This document shows positions 1-10,020 of a stretch of DNA of 64,000 bases, in pieces. Positions within the stretch are counted from its first letter, which is position 1, and the number at the start of each line of letters is the position of its first letter. A program made the translations under genes and the position numbers. The stretch is taken from IMG/VR virus record IMGVR_UViG_3300049846_001081. The stretch is one strand, 5' to 3'. The DNA comes from a virus. Its lineage: Duplodnaviria > Caudoviricetes. The notes below the pieces were generated by a model. It did no database searches. It was not told the DNA's origin and saw only the letters and a program-made list of their open reading frames with translations.

Positions 1-1518
1 CTTGCTGGTGTTGGTGTAGGCACAACCGCAAGTATCAATACAACAGGAATTATTACTGCATCATATTTCTATGGAAGTGGTATAGGTATTACAAATGCTG
101 GTCCTTTAGGTAGAATTTCACCTATCACTTACTCTCCTGGTATTGGTCAAACAAACGTAGGACTTACAACTAATATTGTCATCACATTCAATAAACCATT
201 AGTTGCATCTTCTGGAACGATTACTTTAAGAACTGATAGTGCTACTGGTGCAATTATTGAAAGCTTTGATGTTGGTACTAGTTCTTCTATTAGTATCAGT
301 GGTGGTGTTTTGACTGTGAATCCAACTAGTGATTTGGTTGGTTTCACAACTTATTTCCTTGTAGTGCCAGAAGGATGTTATAAAGATAAGTTAAACAGTA
401 GCACGAATGCTGGTATTACAACTTATAGTTTTACTACACAGCAGTTGAATTTTACTTTATTTGCTGTTGGTGATGGTCAATATGGCCAATTAGATAATAA
501 CATATCTGATACGACAGGTCATCGTTCATCACCAGTACAAATTCCAGGAACTCAATGGGGCACAGTTAATTTTGATTATATATTCAGTGCTGCATTGAAA
601 ACTGATGGGACTTTATGGACTTGGGGAAATAATGTTGAAGGACAACTAGGTCATAACAGTCAAGGTATTGATCGTTCATCACCAACACAGGTTCCAGGAA
701 CACAATGGAATAAATTATCAACTGATCAATATCATGTTTTTGCAATTAAAAATGATGGAACTTTGTGGGGTATTGGTGGCAGAAATCAAGTAGGAGAATT
801 GGGGCAAAACTTTACTGGATCACGTTCTTCACCGGTCCAAATTCCAGGAACACAATGGTCTGAAATTTCGGGGCAATTAAATAGTGAAGTCGCTCTTAAA
901 ACTGATGGAACGTTGTGGTCATGGGGAATTGGATCTAATGGGTGCTTAGCACAAAATAATACAACACAATATTCGTCACCAAGACAAATTCCAGGAACAC
1001 AGTGGACAAATATTTACTCAGGAAATCTTGGATCAGTAGCAAAAAAAACTGATGGAACTTTTTGGATATGGGGAGCAAATCAATATGGACAATTGGGATT
1101 AAATGATCAAGTAAATCGTTCATCACCAATACAACTTCCGGGAACACAATGGAGTGCTTTTTCTTTAGGTTATACATCTGCACTGGGAGTTAAAACTGAT
1201 GGAACTTTATGGGCATGGGGATATAACACAAATTATGGCGCATTAGGTTTAAATGATGTAGTTCACAGATCATCGCCAACACAAATTCCAGGAACACAAT
1301 GGAATAAAGTAAATGCTCATTATTATAGATCATATGCAACAAAAACAGATAATACTTTATGGGCATGGGGATACAATAATCGTGGGCAATTGGGACAAAA
1401 TGATGTTGTATCATATTCATCTCCAAGACAAATTCCAGGGACTCAATGGGTAGATCCATTTGCAAAAACACCTTACGCTGGATTTCATAACCATGCTTTG
1501 TTTATAAAGAATGAATAA
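1..1518 (+). CDS. 5'-truncated RCC1-repeat (7-blade beta-propeller) virion/tail protein with Ig-like (Big_5/SbsA-type) domain
   Basis: Frame 1 is open from base 1 (LAGVGVGTTASINTTGIITA...), so the true start lies upstream of the window. Ig-like segment (ITFNKP...ITLRT..A.G..IESFDV) is followed by 7 SSPxQ(I/V/L)PGTQW...KTDGTLWxWG repeats. Confidence 0.85.
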   Translation, partial: LAGVGVGTTASINTTGIITASYFYGSGIGITNAGPLGRISPITYSPGIGQTNVGLTTNIVITFNKPLVASSGTITLRTDSATGAIIESFDVGTSSSISISGGVLTVNPTSDLVGFTTYFLVVPEGCYKDKLNSSTNAGITTYSFTTQQLNFTLFAVGDGQYGQLDNNISDTTGHRSSPVQIPGTQWGTVNFDYIFSAALKTDGTLWTWGNNVEGQLGHNSQGIDRSSPTQVPGTQWNKLSTDQYHVFAIKNDGTLWGIGGRNQVGELGQNFTGSRSSPVQIPGTQWSEISGQLNSEVALKTDGTLWSWGIGSNGCLAQNNTTQYSSPRQIPGTQWTNIYSGNLGSVAKKTDGTFWIWGANQYGQLGLNDQVNRSSPIQLPGTQWSAFSLGYTSALGVKTDGTLWAWGYNTNYGALGLNDVVHRSSPTQIPGTQWNKVNAHYYRSYATKTDNTLWAWGYNNRGQLGQNDVVSYSSPRQIPGTQWVDPFAKTPYAGFHNHALFIKNE

Positions 1519-1544
1519 ATTGGATAAATACCTAAAAAACGATA

Positions 1545-3716
1545 ATGGCAATAAATTTTCCTGATAGTCCTTCATTAAACGATATTTTCACTGATGAAAC
1601 TTCTGGGTTTACATATCAGTGGGATGGTGAAGTATGGAAAAGTTATGTTGACCCAACGATTGGAAACGTCACAAAGTTAGATGACATCAGTGGTTCATTT
1701 AATGGAATAACATCATCATTTGCACTGACTGTAAACAGTAGTCCTGCAACTGCAGATTTAGATCCAGCAAAAATTATCTTAAGTTTGGGTGGTGTTGTAC
1801 AAAATCCAGTACAAGATTACACAATCAGTGGCACAACCCTTACATTTACAACAGCACCAGCAGTTGGTCTTTCGTTTTTTGCATCATTTTATGAAACTGG
1901 CATCAATAAAAATTATATTTCTTCTAATACAATTTCTCCATCAAATCTTACCACTGGTGGATTTTCTTGGAACACTGGTGGTGACTTATATATCAGTGGT
2001 GTTTCTACAGTCTCTAATACTGGAACCGCAACTACAGCACTTTATGTTTCTGGAAATGCTAGAGTTGCAGGTATTCTAACGGTAGGATCTTCTAGTATTA
2101 CAATTGATGGAACAAATAATAGAATTACAGGCACAGGAATTACAATCAGCAGTGGTGGTATTGTAGGTGTTGCAATTACTGCGACTAGTTATTTTGGTGA
2201 TGGAGTAAATCTTGTTGGTGCGGGAATAGGTACACAAACAAGCATTAACACATCGGGTATCATTACTGCATCTAAGTTTTCTGGTGATGCAACATATATC
2301 ACTGATGTTGGTGGAATTTTAGATGCGATTGTTTATAGTCCAGGTGTTGGAGTTACTAATGTATCTCTTACATCAAATATTATTCTTACATTTAATAAAC
2401 CAATCAAAGCCAACACTGGTACAATTACATTAAGAACTGGCAGTGCATCAGGTACTATTGTAGAGAGTTATGATATTACATCAAGTAGTAATTTAACAAT
2501 CAGTGGTGCAAAGTTAACAATTGACCCAACTAGTTCTTTAAGTGGATTCACAACTTATTTTGTTGTTGTACCAGCAGGAACTGTTAAAGATTTGTATAAC
2601 ACTGGAAGTAGTGCAGTAATTGATGATTATAGTTTTATAACCACACAACCAAATTTTCAATTATTCGCTTGGGCAAGCAATAATGCTGGTCAATTGGGTC
2701 AAAACAGTACAACATATTATTCATCACCAATACAAATTCCAGGAACACAGTGGAATCAGATTAGTGCAGGTGATGGTCAAGCTTCATATGGAATAAAAAG
2801 TGACAATACTTTGTGGTCATGGGGATATAATCAGTATGGAGATTTAGGTCAAAATAATAAAACAAATTATTCCTCACCAATACAAATTCCAGGAACACAG
2901 TGGTCTTACATAGAAGGAGGAGCTAATCATGCACTTGCGACAAAAACTGATGGAACTTTGTGGGTATGGGGTGCTAATATTAATGGAAGATTAGGTCAAA
3001 ATTCACTCAATGATCACAAATCATCACCAGTGCAAGTTCCAGGAACACAGTGGAAAACAGTGAGAGGTGGAGTGTCTGGGGGGAGTTTTCAATCATTAGC
3101 AATCAAAACTGATGGAACACTATGGGCATGGGGAAGAAATCAACAAGGAAATCTTGGACAAAATAATATTGTAGATGCATCATCACCAGTTCAAATTCCT
3201 GGCACTCAATGGAGTTACGCAGATAGTGGACTTCAACAATCATTCGCACTTAAAACTGATGGAACATTATGGGTATGGGGATATAATCACAGAGGTCAAA
3301 TAGGAGATAACTCCACTATTAATAAGTCATCACCAACACAACTTCCAGGAACATCATGGAATTCTGTTAGTTGTGCATATCTTCAAGGTTATGCAATTAA
3401 AACTGACGGAACATTATGGTCTTGGGGATTTAATTATGGTGGAGGTCTTGGATTAAATCAACCCGGAGGATTTGCTACAGATGTATCCTCACCAACACAA
3501 ATCCCAGGAACACAATGGAAGGGTGTTGATGGAGGATTGTATAGATTCCTTGCAACCAAAACGGATAATACACTCTGGGCAGCAGGAAGAAGTTATGGTG
3601 GAAACAATGGACAGAATAATGCGATTGATTATTCATCACCAATTCAAGTTCCAGGAACACAGTGGTCTTCCGTAAGTAATGGAAATAATCAATCATTGGC
3701 AATCAAACAAACATAA
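1545..3716 (+). CDS. RCC1-repeat tail/receptor-binding protein, MAINFP N-terminal class
   Basis: 723 aa. MAINFPDSPSLN start, LDDISGSFNG module typical of T4-like cyanophage fibres, GIITA/FxGDG repeats, Ig-like domain, 7 RCC1-like repeats; ATAAATA upstream. Confidence 0.85.
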   Translation: MAINFPDSPSLNDIFTDETSGFTYQWDGEVWKSYVDPTIGNVTKLDDISGSFNGITSSFALTVNSSPATADLDPAKIILSLGGVVQNPVQDYTISGTTLTFTTAPAVGLSFFASFYETGINKNYISSNTISPSNLTTGGFSWNTGGDLYISGVSTVSNTGTATTALYVSGNARVAGILTVGSSSITIDGTNNRITGTGITISSGGIVGVAITATSYFGDGVNLVGAGIGTQTSINTSGIITASKFSGDATYITDVGGILDAIVYSPGVGVTNVSLTSNIILTFNKPIKANTGTITLRTGSASGTIVESYDITSSSNLTISGAKLTIDPTSSLSGFTTYFVVVPAGTVKDLYNTGSSAVIDDYSFITTQPNFQLFAWASNNAGQLGQNSTTYYSSPIQIPGTQWNQISAGDGQASYGIKSDNTLWSWGYNQYGDLGQNNKTNYSSPIQIPGTQWSYIEGGANHALATKTDGTLWVWGANINGRLGQNSLNDHKSSPVQVPGTQWKTVRGGVSGGSFQSLAIKTDGTLWAWGRNQQGNLGQNNIVDASSPVQIPGTQWSYADSGLQQSFALKTDGTLWVWGYNHRGQIGDNSTINKSSPTQLPGTSWNSVSCAYLQGYAIKTDGTLWSWGFNYGGGLGLNQPGGFATDVSSPTQIPGTQWKGVDGGLYRFLATKTDNTLWAAGRSYGGNNGQNNAIDYSSPIQVPGTQWSSVSNGNNQSLAIKQT

Positions 3717-3733
3717 TAAATACCTAAAAAACG

Positions 3734-5452
3734 ATGAGCCAAAATAAAGCACAACTTATTGCGCCAGTTGGAATATTTACTGCATCAGGTATTAATGCAA
3801 CTGGTGTAGTAACTGCTTCTAGTTTTATTGGTGATGGTTCACAACTTCAGGGTGTAGGTATTGGAACTACTGGAAGTGTTAACTCTTCTGGTATTATCAC
3901 TGCATCTGCTTTTTATGGGGATGGTTCAAATCTTACTGGTATCACACTTTTAGGTCCAACAAATAGTTTAAACACATCAGGTATCATCACTGCAGGGAGT
4001 TTTTATGGTGATGGTGTTGGTATTACAAATATTGGTGGTCCATTAGATGCAATTTCTTATTCTCCAGCAATTGGATCAACAAATATATCTTTAACAACAA
4101 ATATCGTCATTACATTTAATAAACCCATTGCTGGATCAGCCGCAACAGCAGGTATTGCATCAGTTACATTAAGAACTGGAAGTGCATCAGGAACTATTGT
4201 AGAAACTTTTGATGTTGCAACGAGTACTGCTTTAAGTATTAGTGGTGGTGTATTGACAATTGACCCAACTAGTTCTTTAAGTGGATTCACAACTTATTTT
4301 GTTGTTGTACCAGCGGGAACATTTGAAGATACTTTGGATAGTAGTAGTAATGTTGGTATTACAACTTATAGTTTTACAACGATACAACCAAATTATGAGT
4401 TGTATTCATCTGGGGTGAACTCGTATGGACAGTTAGGTACTGGTGATGCAATACCACGTTCATCACCAGTGCAAATTCCAGGAACACAATGGAAATCAAT
4501 CAACAATGGATATTATGATGTAACTTCCGTAAAAACTGATGGAACATTGTGGGCATGGGGTTATAATGGAACTGGAGGATTAGGATTAAATGATGTAGTA
4601 CATCGTTCATCACCTGTACAAGTTCCAGGAACACAGTGGGCATGGGTTGTAATGGGTTATCAACCTACAATGGCAACCAAAACTAATGGAACTTTATGGT
4701 CATGGGGTTATAATTTATACGGACAACTAGGACAAAATAGTATAATAAATCGTTCATCACCAATTCAAATTCCAGGTACGCAGTGGGATTATTCTGACAG
4801 AAAAAAAATATCTATGGGAGACTATGCCATTTTTTCTCCAATGGCATTAAAAACTGATGGTACATTATGGACATGGGGTTATAATTACCATGGACAATTG
4901 GGTCAAAATAATGTAGTAAATTATTCATCACCAGTTCAAGTTCCGGGAACACAATGGTCAAAAGTATCGTCTGGGGGAGCAAATTTTGCACTTAAAAGCG
5001 ATGGAACATTATGGACATCCGGAATTAATGCCAGTGGATCATTGGGTCAAAATAATAAAGTATATTATTCATCACCAGTTCAAATTCCAGGAACACAATG
5101 GAATGATGTTGATGCTAATAGATATGCTGTCATGGCAACAAAAACCGATGGAACTCTATGGTCATGGGGAAGAAATCCTGTAGGTCAATTGGGTCAAAAT
5201 AATTTAACCAGATATTCTTCTCCTGTACAAATTCCAGGAACACAATGGGCATCATTCTCACAAAACTACTATAGTGCTAATGCAACAAAAACTGATGGAA
5301 CTTTATGGGCATGGGGAGCCAATTCTAATGGTGAGTTGGGTCAAAATAATATAACATATTATTCTTCACCAGTTCAAATTCCAGGAACTCAGTGGAAATA
5401 TTCAGCAGATTCTGGAACACTTTATACTTTATTTGTTATTAAGGAATCATAA
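3734..5452 (+). CDS. RCC1-repeat tail/receptor-binding protein, MSQxKAQL class
   Basis: 572 aa. GIITAxxFYGDG repeats, Ig-like domain, 7 RCC1-like repeats. Confidence 0.85.
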   Translation: MSQNKAQLIAPVGIFTASGINATGVVTASSFIGDGSQLQGVGIGTTGSVNSSGIITASAFYGDGSNLTGITLLGPTNSLNTSGIITAGSFYGDGVGITNIGGPLDAISYSPAIGSTNISLTTNIVITFNKPIAGSAATAGIASVTLRTGSASGTIVETFDVATSTALSISGGVLTIDPTSSLSGFTTYFVVVPAGTFEDTLDSSSNVGITTYSFTTIQPNYELYSSGVNSYGQLGTGDAIPRSSPVQIPGTQWKSINNGYYDVTSVKTDGTLWAWGYNGTGGLGLNDVVHRSSPVQVPGTQWAWVVMGYQPTMATKTNGTLWSWGYNLYGQLGQNSIINRSSPIQIPGTQWDYSDRKKISMGDYAIFSPMALKTDGTLWTWGYNYHGQLGQNNVVNYSSPVQVPGTQWSKVSSGGANFALKSDGTLWTSGINASGSLGQNNKVYYSSPVQIPGTQWNDVDANRYAVMATKTDGTLWSWGRNPVGQLGQNNLTRYSSPVQIPGTQWASFSQNYYSANATKTDGTLWAWGANSNGELGQNNITYYSSPVQIPGTQWKYSADSGTLYTLFVIKES

Positions 5453-5466
5453 ATATCTAAAAAACC

Positions 5467-7161
5467 ATGAGTCAATCTAAAGCACAACTTACAAACCCAT
5501 TAGGAACTGTAGATCTCAGTGGTTTAAATGCAACTGGTGTGGTTACTGCTACAACATTTAAAGGTGATGGAACTGCTTTAACTGGTATTGCACTCACGGG
5601 AAATATCAATACAACAGGTATCATTACCGCAGGTAAATTTTATGGTAGTGGAGCAAACCTAACTGGCGTTGGATTAGGAACACAAAGTAGCATTAATACT
5701 ACGGGAATTATCACCGCAGGTAAGTTCTATGGTGATGGTTCAGGGTTGACTAATATTGGTGGTGCTTTTACAGTCTTAACTTATCAACCAAATATTAGTT
5801 CAACAAATGTAGGATTAACAACAAATATTATTCTCACATTTAATAAACCAATTAAGAAAGGAACTGGTACAATCACCTTAAGAACTGGTAGTGCATCAGG
5901 TACGGTTGTAGAGAGTTATGATGTATCTACCAGTAGTAATTTAAGTATCAATGGTGGTGTATTAACGATTGATCCTACTTCTTCTTTAAGTGGATTAACA
6001 ACTTATTTTGTTGTTGTACCAGCAGGAACTGTTAAAGATGTATATAGCGTGGACAATAATAGTTTAATTGATACTTATAGTTTTACCACACAACAGTTGA
6101 ATTTTGAATTATGGGCATGGGGATTTAATGCATACGGAAACCTGGGTCAAAATAATTACACACAATATTCATCACCAAGACAAATTCCAGGAACACAATG
6201 GACTAAAGTTTCTTATGATTACATTGGCCCAGTTTTGGCAACAAAAACTGATGGAACTTTATTTGCCTGGGGAAATAATGGTAGTGGTGAATTGGGTCAA
6301 AATGATGTAACGCCACAATTATCTCCTGTACAGATTCCAGGAACACAATGGAATAATATTTGTGCAGGATATAATACAGGACTAGCAACAAAAACTGATG
6401 GAACTTTGTGGGTATGGGGAAATAATGGTAATGGTAATTTGGGACTTAATAATGTAGTAGCACGTTCATCGCCAGTTCAAATTCCGGGAACACAATGGGA
6501 ATATGTTCAAGGTTCAGATTACAGTGCCAGCACTATAGCAACAAAAACGGACGGGACTTTATGGGTTTGGGGAGATAATGGTGCCGGAAAGTTAGGTCAA
6601 AATAACTTAACACAATATTCATCACCAATTCAAGTTCCAGGAACACAATGGAATGGAGCATACATGAATATTGCGTATCCTACATATGTTGGCAAAACTG
6701 ATGGAACTTTGTGGGCGTGGGGATATAATTCTGATGGCCAATTAGGACAAAACAACATAATACCACGTTCATCACCAGTGCAAATTCCAGGAACACAATG
6801 GACAGGTGATATTGGTACTGGGTATATTCATGTACTTGCAGTAAAAGGTGATGGAACATTATGGTCATGGGGATATAATGGTAGTTCAAGATTAGGTGAT
6901 GGAACAACAACATCACGTTCATCACCAGTGCAAATTCCAGGAACACAGTGGAGTAAAGTTGAAGGTGGATACAATCATAGTGCTGCATTAAAAAATGATG
7001 GAACTTTTTGGGCATGGGGCGAAAATACCTATGGTCAGGCGGGAAAAAATAATACTACAGCATCAACAACACCAGTTCAAGGTGCAACGAATGCAAGTGG
7101 ATTTATTGATATTGCAGGAAGAATTTATAGTGCGTTGGCAATCAAACAAGTAGCACCATAA
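5467..7161 (+). CDS. RCC1-repeat tail/receptor-binding protein, MSQxKAQL class
   Basis: 564 aa. Same architecture as 3734..5452; last repeat divergent (TTPVQGATNAS). Confidence 0.85.
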   Translation: MSQSKAQLTNPLGTVDLSGLNATGVVTATTFKGDGTALTGIALTGNINTTGIITAGKFYGSGANLTGVGLGTQSSINTTGIITAGKFYGDGSGLTNIGGAFTVLTYQPNISSTNVGLTTNIILTFNKPIKKGTGTITLRTGSASGTVVESYDVSTSSNLSINGGVLTIDPTSSLSGLTTYFVVVPAGTVKDVYSVDNNSLIDTYSFTTQQLNFELWAWGFNAYGNLGQNNYTQYSSPRQIPGTQWTKVSYDYIGPVLATKTDGTLFAWGNNGSGELGQNDVTPQLSPVQIPGTQWNNICAGYNTGLATKTDGTLWVWGNNGNGNLGLNNVVARSSPVQIPGTQWEYVQGSDYSASTIATKTDGTLWVWGDNGAGKLGQNNLTQYSSPIQVPGTQWNGAYMNIAYPTYVGKTDGTLWAWGYNSDGQLGQNNIIPRSSPVQIPGTQWTGDIGTGYIHVLAVKGDGTLWSWGYNGSSRLGDGTTTSRSSPVQIPGTQWSKVEGGYNHSAALKNDGTFWAWGENTYGQAGKNNTTASTTPVQGATNASGFIDIAGRIYSALAIKQVAP

Positions 7162-7178
7162 ATATCTAAAAAACGATA

Positions 7179-9323
7179 ATGGCAATAAACTTTCCTGATA
7201 GTCCATCGTTAAATGAAATCTTTGCTGATGCCACTACTGGATTCACATATCAGTGGAATGGAACTGTTTGGGTAAATTATAATGTTTCTACGCCTGCAAA
7301 GATACAAGAACTTGATGATATTAGTGGATCATTTAATGGTTCAACACAAACTTTTTCATTAACAGTATCAAGTGGTGCAGTCACTCCAGTAAAGCCAGAT
7401 CAATTAATCATCAATATCGGTGGTGTTGCACAGAATCCAGGTGTTGACTATACATTATCAGGAAGTAATATTACCTTTACAACTGCACCCACAGCAGGAT
7501 TAAGTTTTTATGGTGTATTGTTAGGTGGATCAACAAGTATTACTTCAGTAGAATCAGGGACAGTAAGACCAGATTCATTTACAACTGGTGGTCCTACATG
7601 GAATACTGGTGGAGATTTAAAAGTTACTGGTGTTACAACGATTGCAAACACTGGTTCTGCAAGTACAGCACTTTATGTTTCAGGAAATGCTAGAATTACT
7701 GGAATTGTAACTGTTGGATCATCAAGTATTACAATTGATGGATCAAATAATTCAATTAAGGTAGGGACTGGTGCAACATTAAATGCATCAGGAATTACTG
7801 TTGGTATTATTACTGGTAAGTTCTATGGTAATGGTAGTGGATTATCAAATGTAGGTGTAGGTACAACAGGAAGTATTAATACATCTGGTATTGTTACTGC
7901 ATCAAGTTTTTATGGTGATGGTTCAGGACTTACAAATCTTGGTGGACCATTATCTGTTTTAACTTATCAACCAAGTATTGGTGCAACAAATATTGATTTA
8001 AATCCAACCATTGTCCTTACATTCAATAAACCAATTAAAGCAAACACAGGTACAATTACCTTAAGAACTGGTAGTGCATCCGGTGCAATTATAGAGAGTT
8101 ATTCCGTTGGTACAGGTTCTTCAGTAACAATTAGTGGCGGTGTTTTAACAATTACACCTACAGTAACTTTAGGCGTAGGAGTTACTCATTACTTGGTTAT
8201 CCCATCTGGTGCTTATAAAGATGATTTTGAAAGTTCTTCAAATTCTTTAATTGATAATTATTATTTTAAAACCGTAGATTCAGTATATCAGTTGTTTGCA
8301 TGGGGAACTGATGGTCAAGGACAGTTGGGTCAAAATAATGCAGGAAATCGTTCATCACCAATTCAAATTCCGGGAACACAATGGTCTAAAGTTACTGCAT
8401 ATTATCATGTCACAGCAACAAAAACTGATGGAACTTTATGGACTTGGGCACAAAATAGTAATGGCCAATTGGGACAAAATGATGTACAAAGGAGGTCATC
8501 ACCAACACAAGTTCCAGGAACCCAATGGAATGCTATTAGTGCGGGATATACGCATACTTTTGCAACCAAAACAGATGGTACTTTATGGGTATGGGGAAGA
8601 AATAATGTTGGAGAATTAGGAAAAAATAATAAAACATATTATTCATCACCAGTTCAAATTCCAGGAACACAGTGGAATAATATATCTGCTTCAATATTTT
8701 ATTCATTAGCAACTAAAACTGATGGAACTCTATGGGCATGGGGTTCGTCTGGTAGTGGTCAATTGGCACAAAATAATGTAACATATTATTCATCACCAGT
8801 TCAAATTCCAGGAACACAATGGAATAAACCTTTTACTGGATATGTATGGTCAGGAGCAACCAAAACAGATGGTACTTTATGGGCATGGGGTTATAATCCA
8901 ACAGGTGTCGCAGGTCAAAATGATAGAATAGATTATTCATCACCAAGACAAGTTCCAGGAACACAATGGAACAATGTTTCAGCAGGATATTATCATGTCT
9001 TAGCAACAAAAACTGACGGAACCTTGTGGGCATGGGGTAGTGAGGGTGATGGATCTGTTGGTCAAAATAATAATGTAAGATACTCATCACCAGTTCAAAT
9101 TCCAGGAACATCATGGGTATTAACTGATGATAGTGGTAGTGGATATACTTCTTTAGCAAGAAAAACTGATGGAACCTTATGGGCATGGGGTAAAAATGGT
9201 TCAGGACAATTGAGCACAAATGATGGAGTAGCACGTTCATCACCAACACAAATTCCAGGAACACAATGGAATGCAACTTCTCAAGGATACGCAAGTTGTT
9301 TTGTAATCAAGTCGCCAATATAA
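7179..9323 (+). CDS. RCC1-repeat tail/receptor-binding protein, MAINFP class
   Basis: 714 aa. Paralog of 1545..3716 with 7 RCC1-like repeats. Confidence 0.85.
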   Translation: MAINFPDSPSLNEIFADATTGFTYQWNGTVWVNYNVSTPAKIQELDDISGSFNGSTQTFSLTVSSGAVTPVKPDQLIINIGGVAQNPGVDYTLSGSNITFTTAPTAGLSFYGVLLGGSTSITSVESGTVRPDSFTTGGPTWNTGGDLKVTGVTTIANTGSASTALYVSGNARITGIVTVGSSSITIDGSNNSIKVGTGATLNASGITVGIITGKFYGNGSGLSNVGVGTTGSINTSGIVTASSFYGDGSGLTNLGGPLSVLTYQPSIGATNIDLNPTIVLTFNKPIKANTGTITLRTGSASGAIIESYSVGTGSSVTISGGVLTITPTVTLGVGVTHYLVIPSGAYKDDFESSSNSLIDNYYFKTVDSVYQLFAWGTDGQGQLGQNNAGNRSSPIQIPGTQWSKVTAYYHVTATKTDGTLWTWAQNSNGQLGQNDVQRRSSPTQVPGTQWNAISAGYTHTFATKTDGTLWVWGRNNVGELGKNNKTYYSSPVQIPGTQWNNISASIFYSLATKTDGTLWAWGSSGSGQLAQNNVTYYSSPVQIPGTQWNKPFTGYVWSGATKTDGTLWAWGYNPTGVAGQNDRIDYSSPRQVPGTQWNNVSAGYYHVLATKTDGTLWAWGSEGDGSVGQNNNVRYSSPVQIPGTSWVLTDDSGSGYTSLARKTDGTLWAWGKNGSGQLSTNDGVARSSPTQIPGTQWNATSQGYASCFVIKSPI

Positions 9324-9340
9324 ATACTTAAAAAACAACA

Positions 9341-9676
9341 ATGACCGTACCTGCAGTCAATATTATAATTGAAAAAGGAACTGATTTTGAAGCAATATAT
9401 AATGTCACAAATAATGATAGTTCTGTTTATTCACTAACAAATCAAACAGCGACTGCAAAGATTCGTAAGCACCCTACCGCAACTTCATCTAAATCATTTA
9501 CAACAACAATTACAGTGGCAACTGGTGAAATTAAGATTTCAATGGGTTCAACTGTAACTGCAGATTTGACTGCTGGTAGAAATTATTATGATGTGATTCT
9601 TACACATGCAACAACTGGTAAAAAAGTAAAAATCTTTGAAGGAACAGCACTCGTTCACGACACGGTATCTGTATGA
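9341..9676 (+). CDS. Small virion structural protein (tail/baseplate adaptor-like beta protein)
   Basis: 111 aa. NIIIEKGTDF...YYDVILT...KIFEGTALV pattern common in cyanophage tail modules; late promoter at 9319. Confidence 0.55.
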   Translation: MTVPAVNIIIEKGTDFEAIYNVTNNDSSVYSLTNQTATAKIRKHPTATSSKSFTTTITVATGEIKISMGSTVTADLTAGRNYYDVILTHATTGKKVKIFEGTALVHDTVSV

Positions 9677-9987
9677 CTTACAAAGTATCTGTTTCAAATA
9701 ACAGTTATTCAGTTAAGCAAGCATCTTCTCCACAATTTAAGGTATCGGCAATTCTAGGATCAGGAGCATCAGAAGTGGCAAATCTATCAGACCTAGATGA
9801 CGTAAACGTATCTGGAGTTCAGAATGGATATGTTCTGACTTATAATGCATCTACCGGACAGTTTGTAACAGTTGATCCGGATACAGTTCTTTCAAATGCT
9901 GTCACTGGTGGACTACCAACTGACTTTGTTGATAAACTAGATGTAGACCTTGATGATAAGATTGATTTAGATGCAGGGGGTTTCTAA
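9673..9987 (+). CDS. Small tail-associated structural protein
   Basis: 104 aa. LSDLDDVNV..VQNGYVLTYN fibre-type motif; ends in LDAGGF. Confidence 0.55.
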   Translation: MTYKVSVSNNSYSVKQASSPQFKVSAILGSGASEVANLSDLDDVNVSGVQNGYVLTYNASTGQFVTVDPDTVLSNAVTGGLPTDFVDKLDVDLDDKIDLDAGGF

Positions 9988-10020
9988 ATCAATAAATAAT
10001 AAAAAAGTGTATAAAGAAAG

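Larger units (their letters stand above)
1524..9326 (+). promoter_or_regulatory. T4-type late promoters (ATAAATA) before each RCC1-array gene: 1524, 3716, 5449, 7158, 9320
   Basis: ATAAATA at or just after each upstream stop codon, followed by a conserved (C/T)(C/T)TAAAAAAC spacer. T4 gp55 late consensus is TATAAATA. Confidence 0.8.

Noticed and set aside
1-9323. Diversity-generating retroelement acting on the RCC1 genes
   Set aside because: No reverse transcriptase, avd gene or non-coding template repeat seen, and variation is not obviously limited to adenines. A trans-acting DGR elsewhere cannot be excluded.
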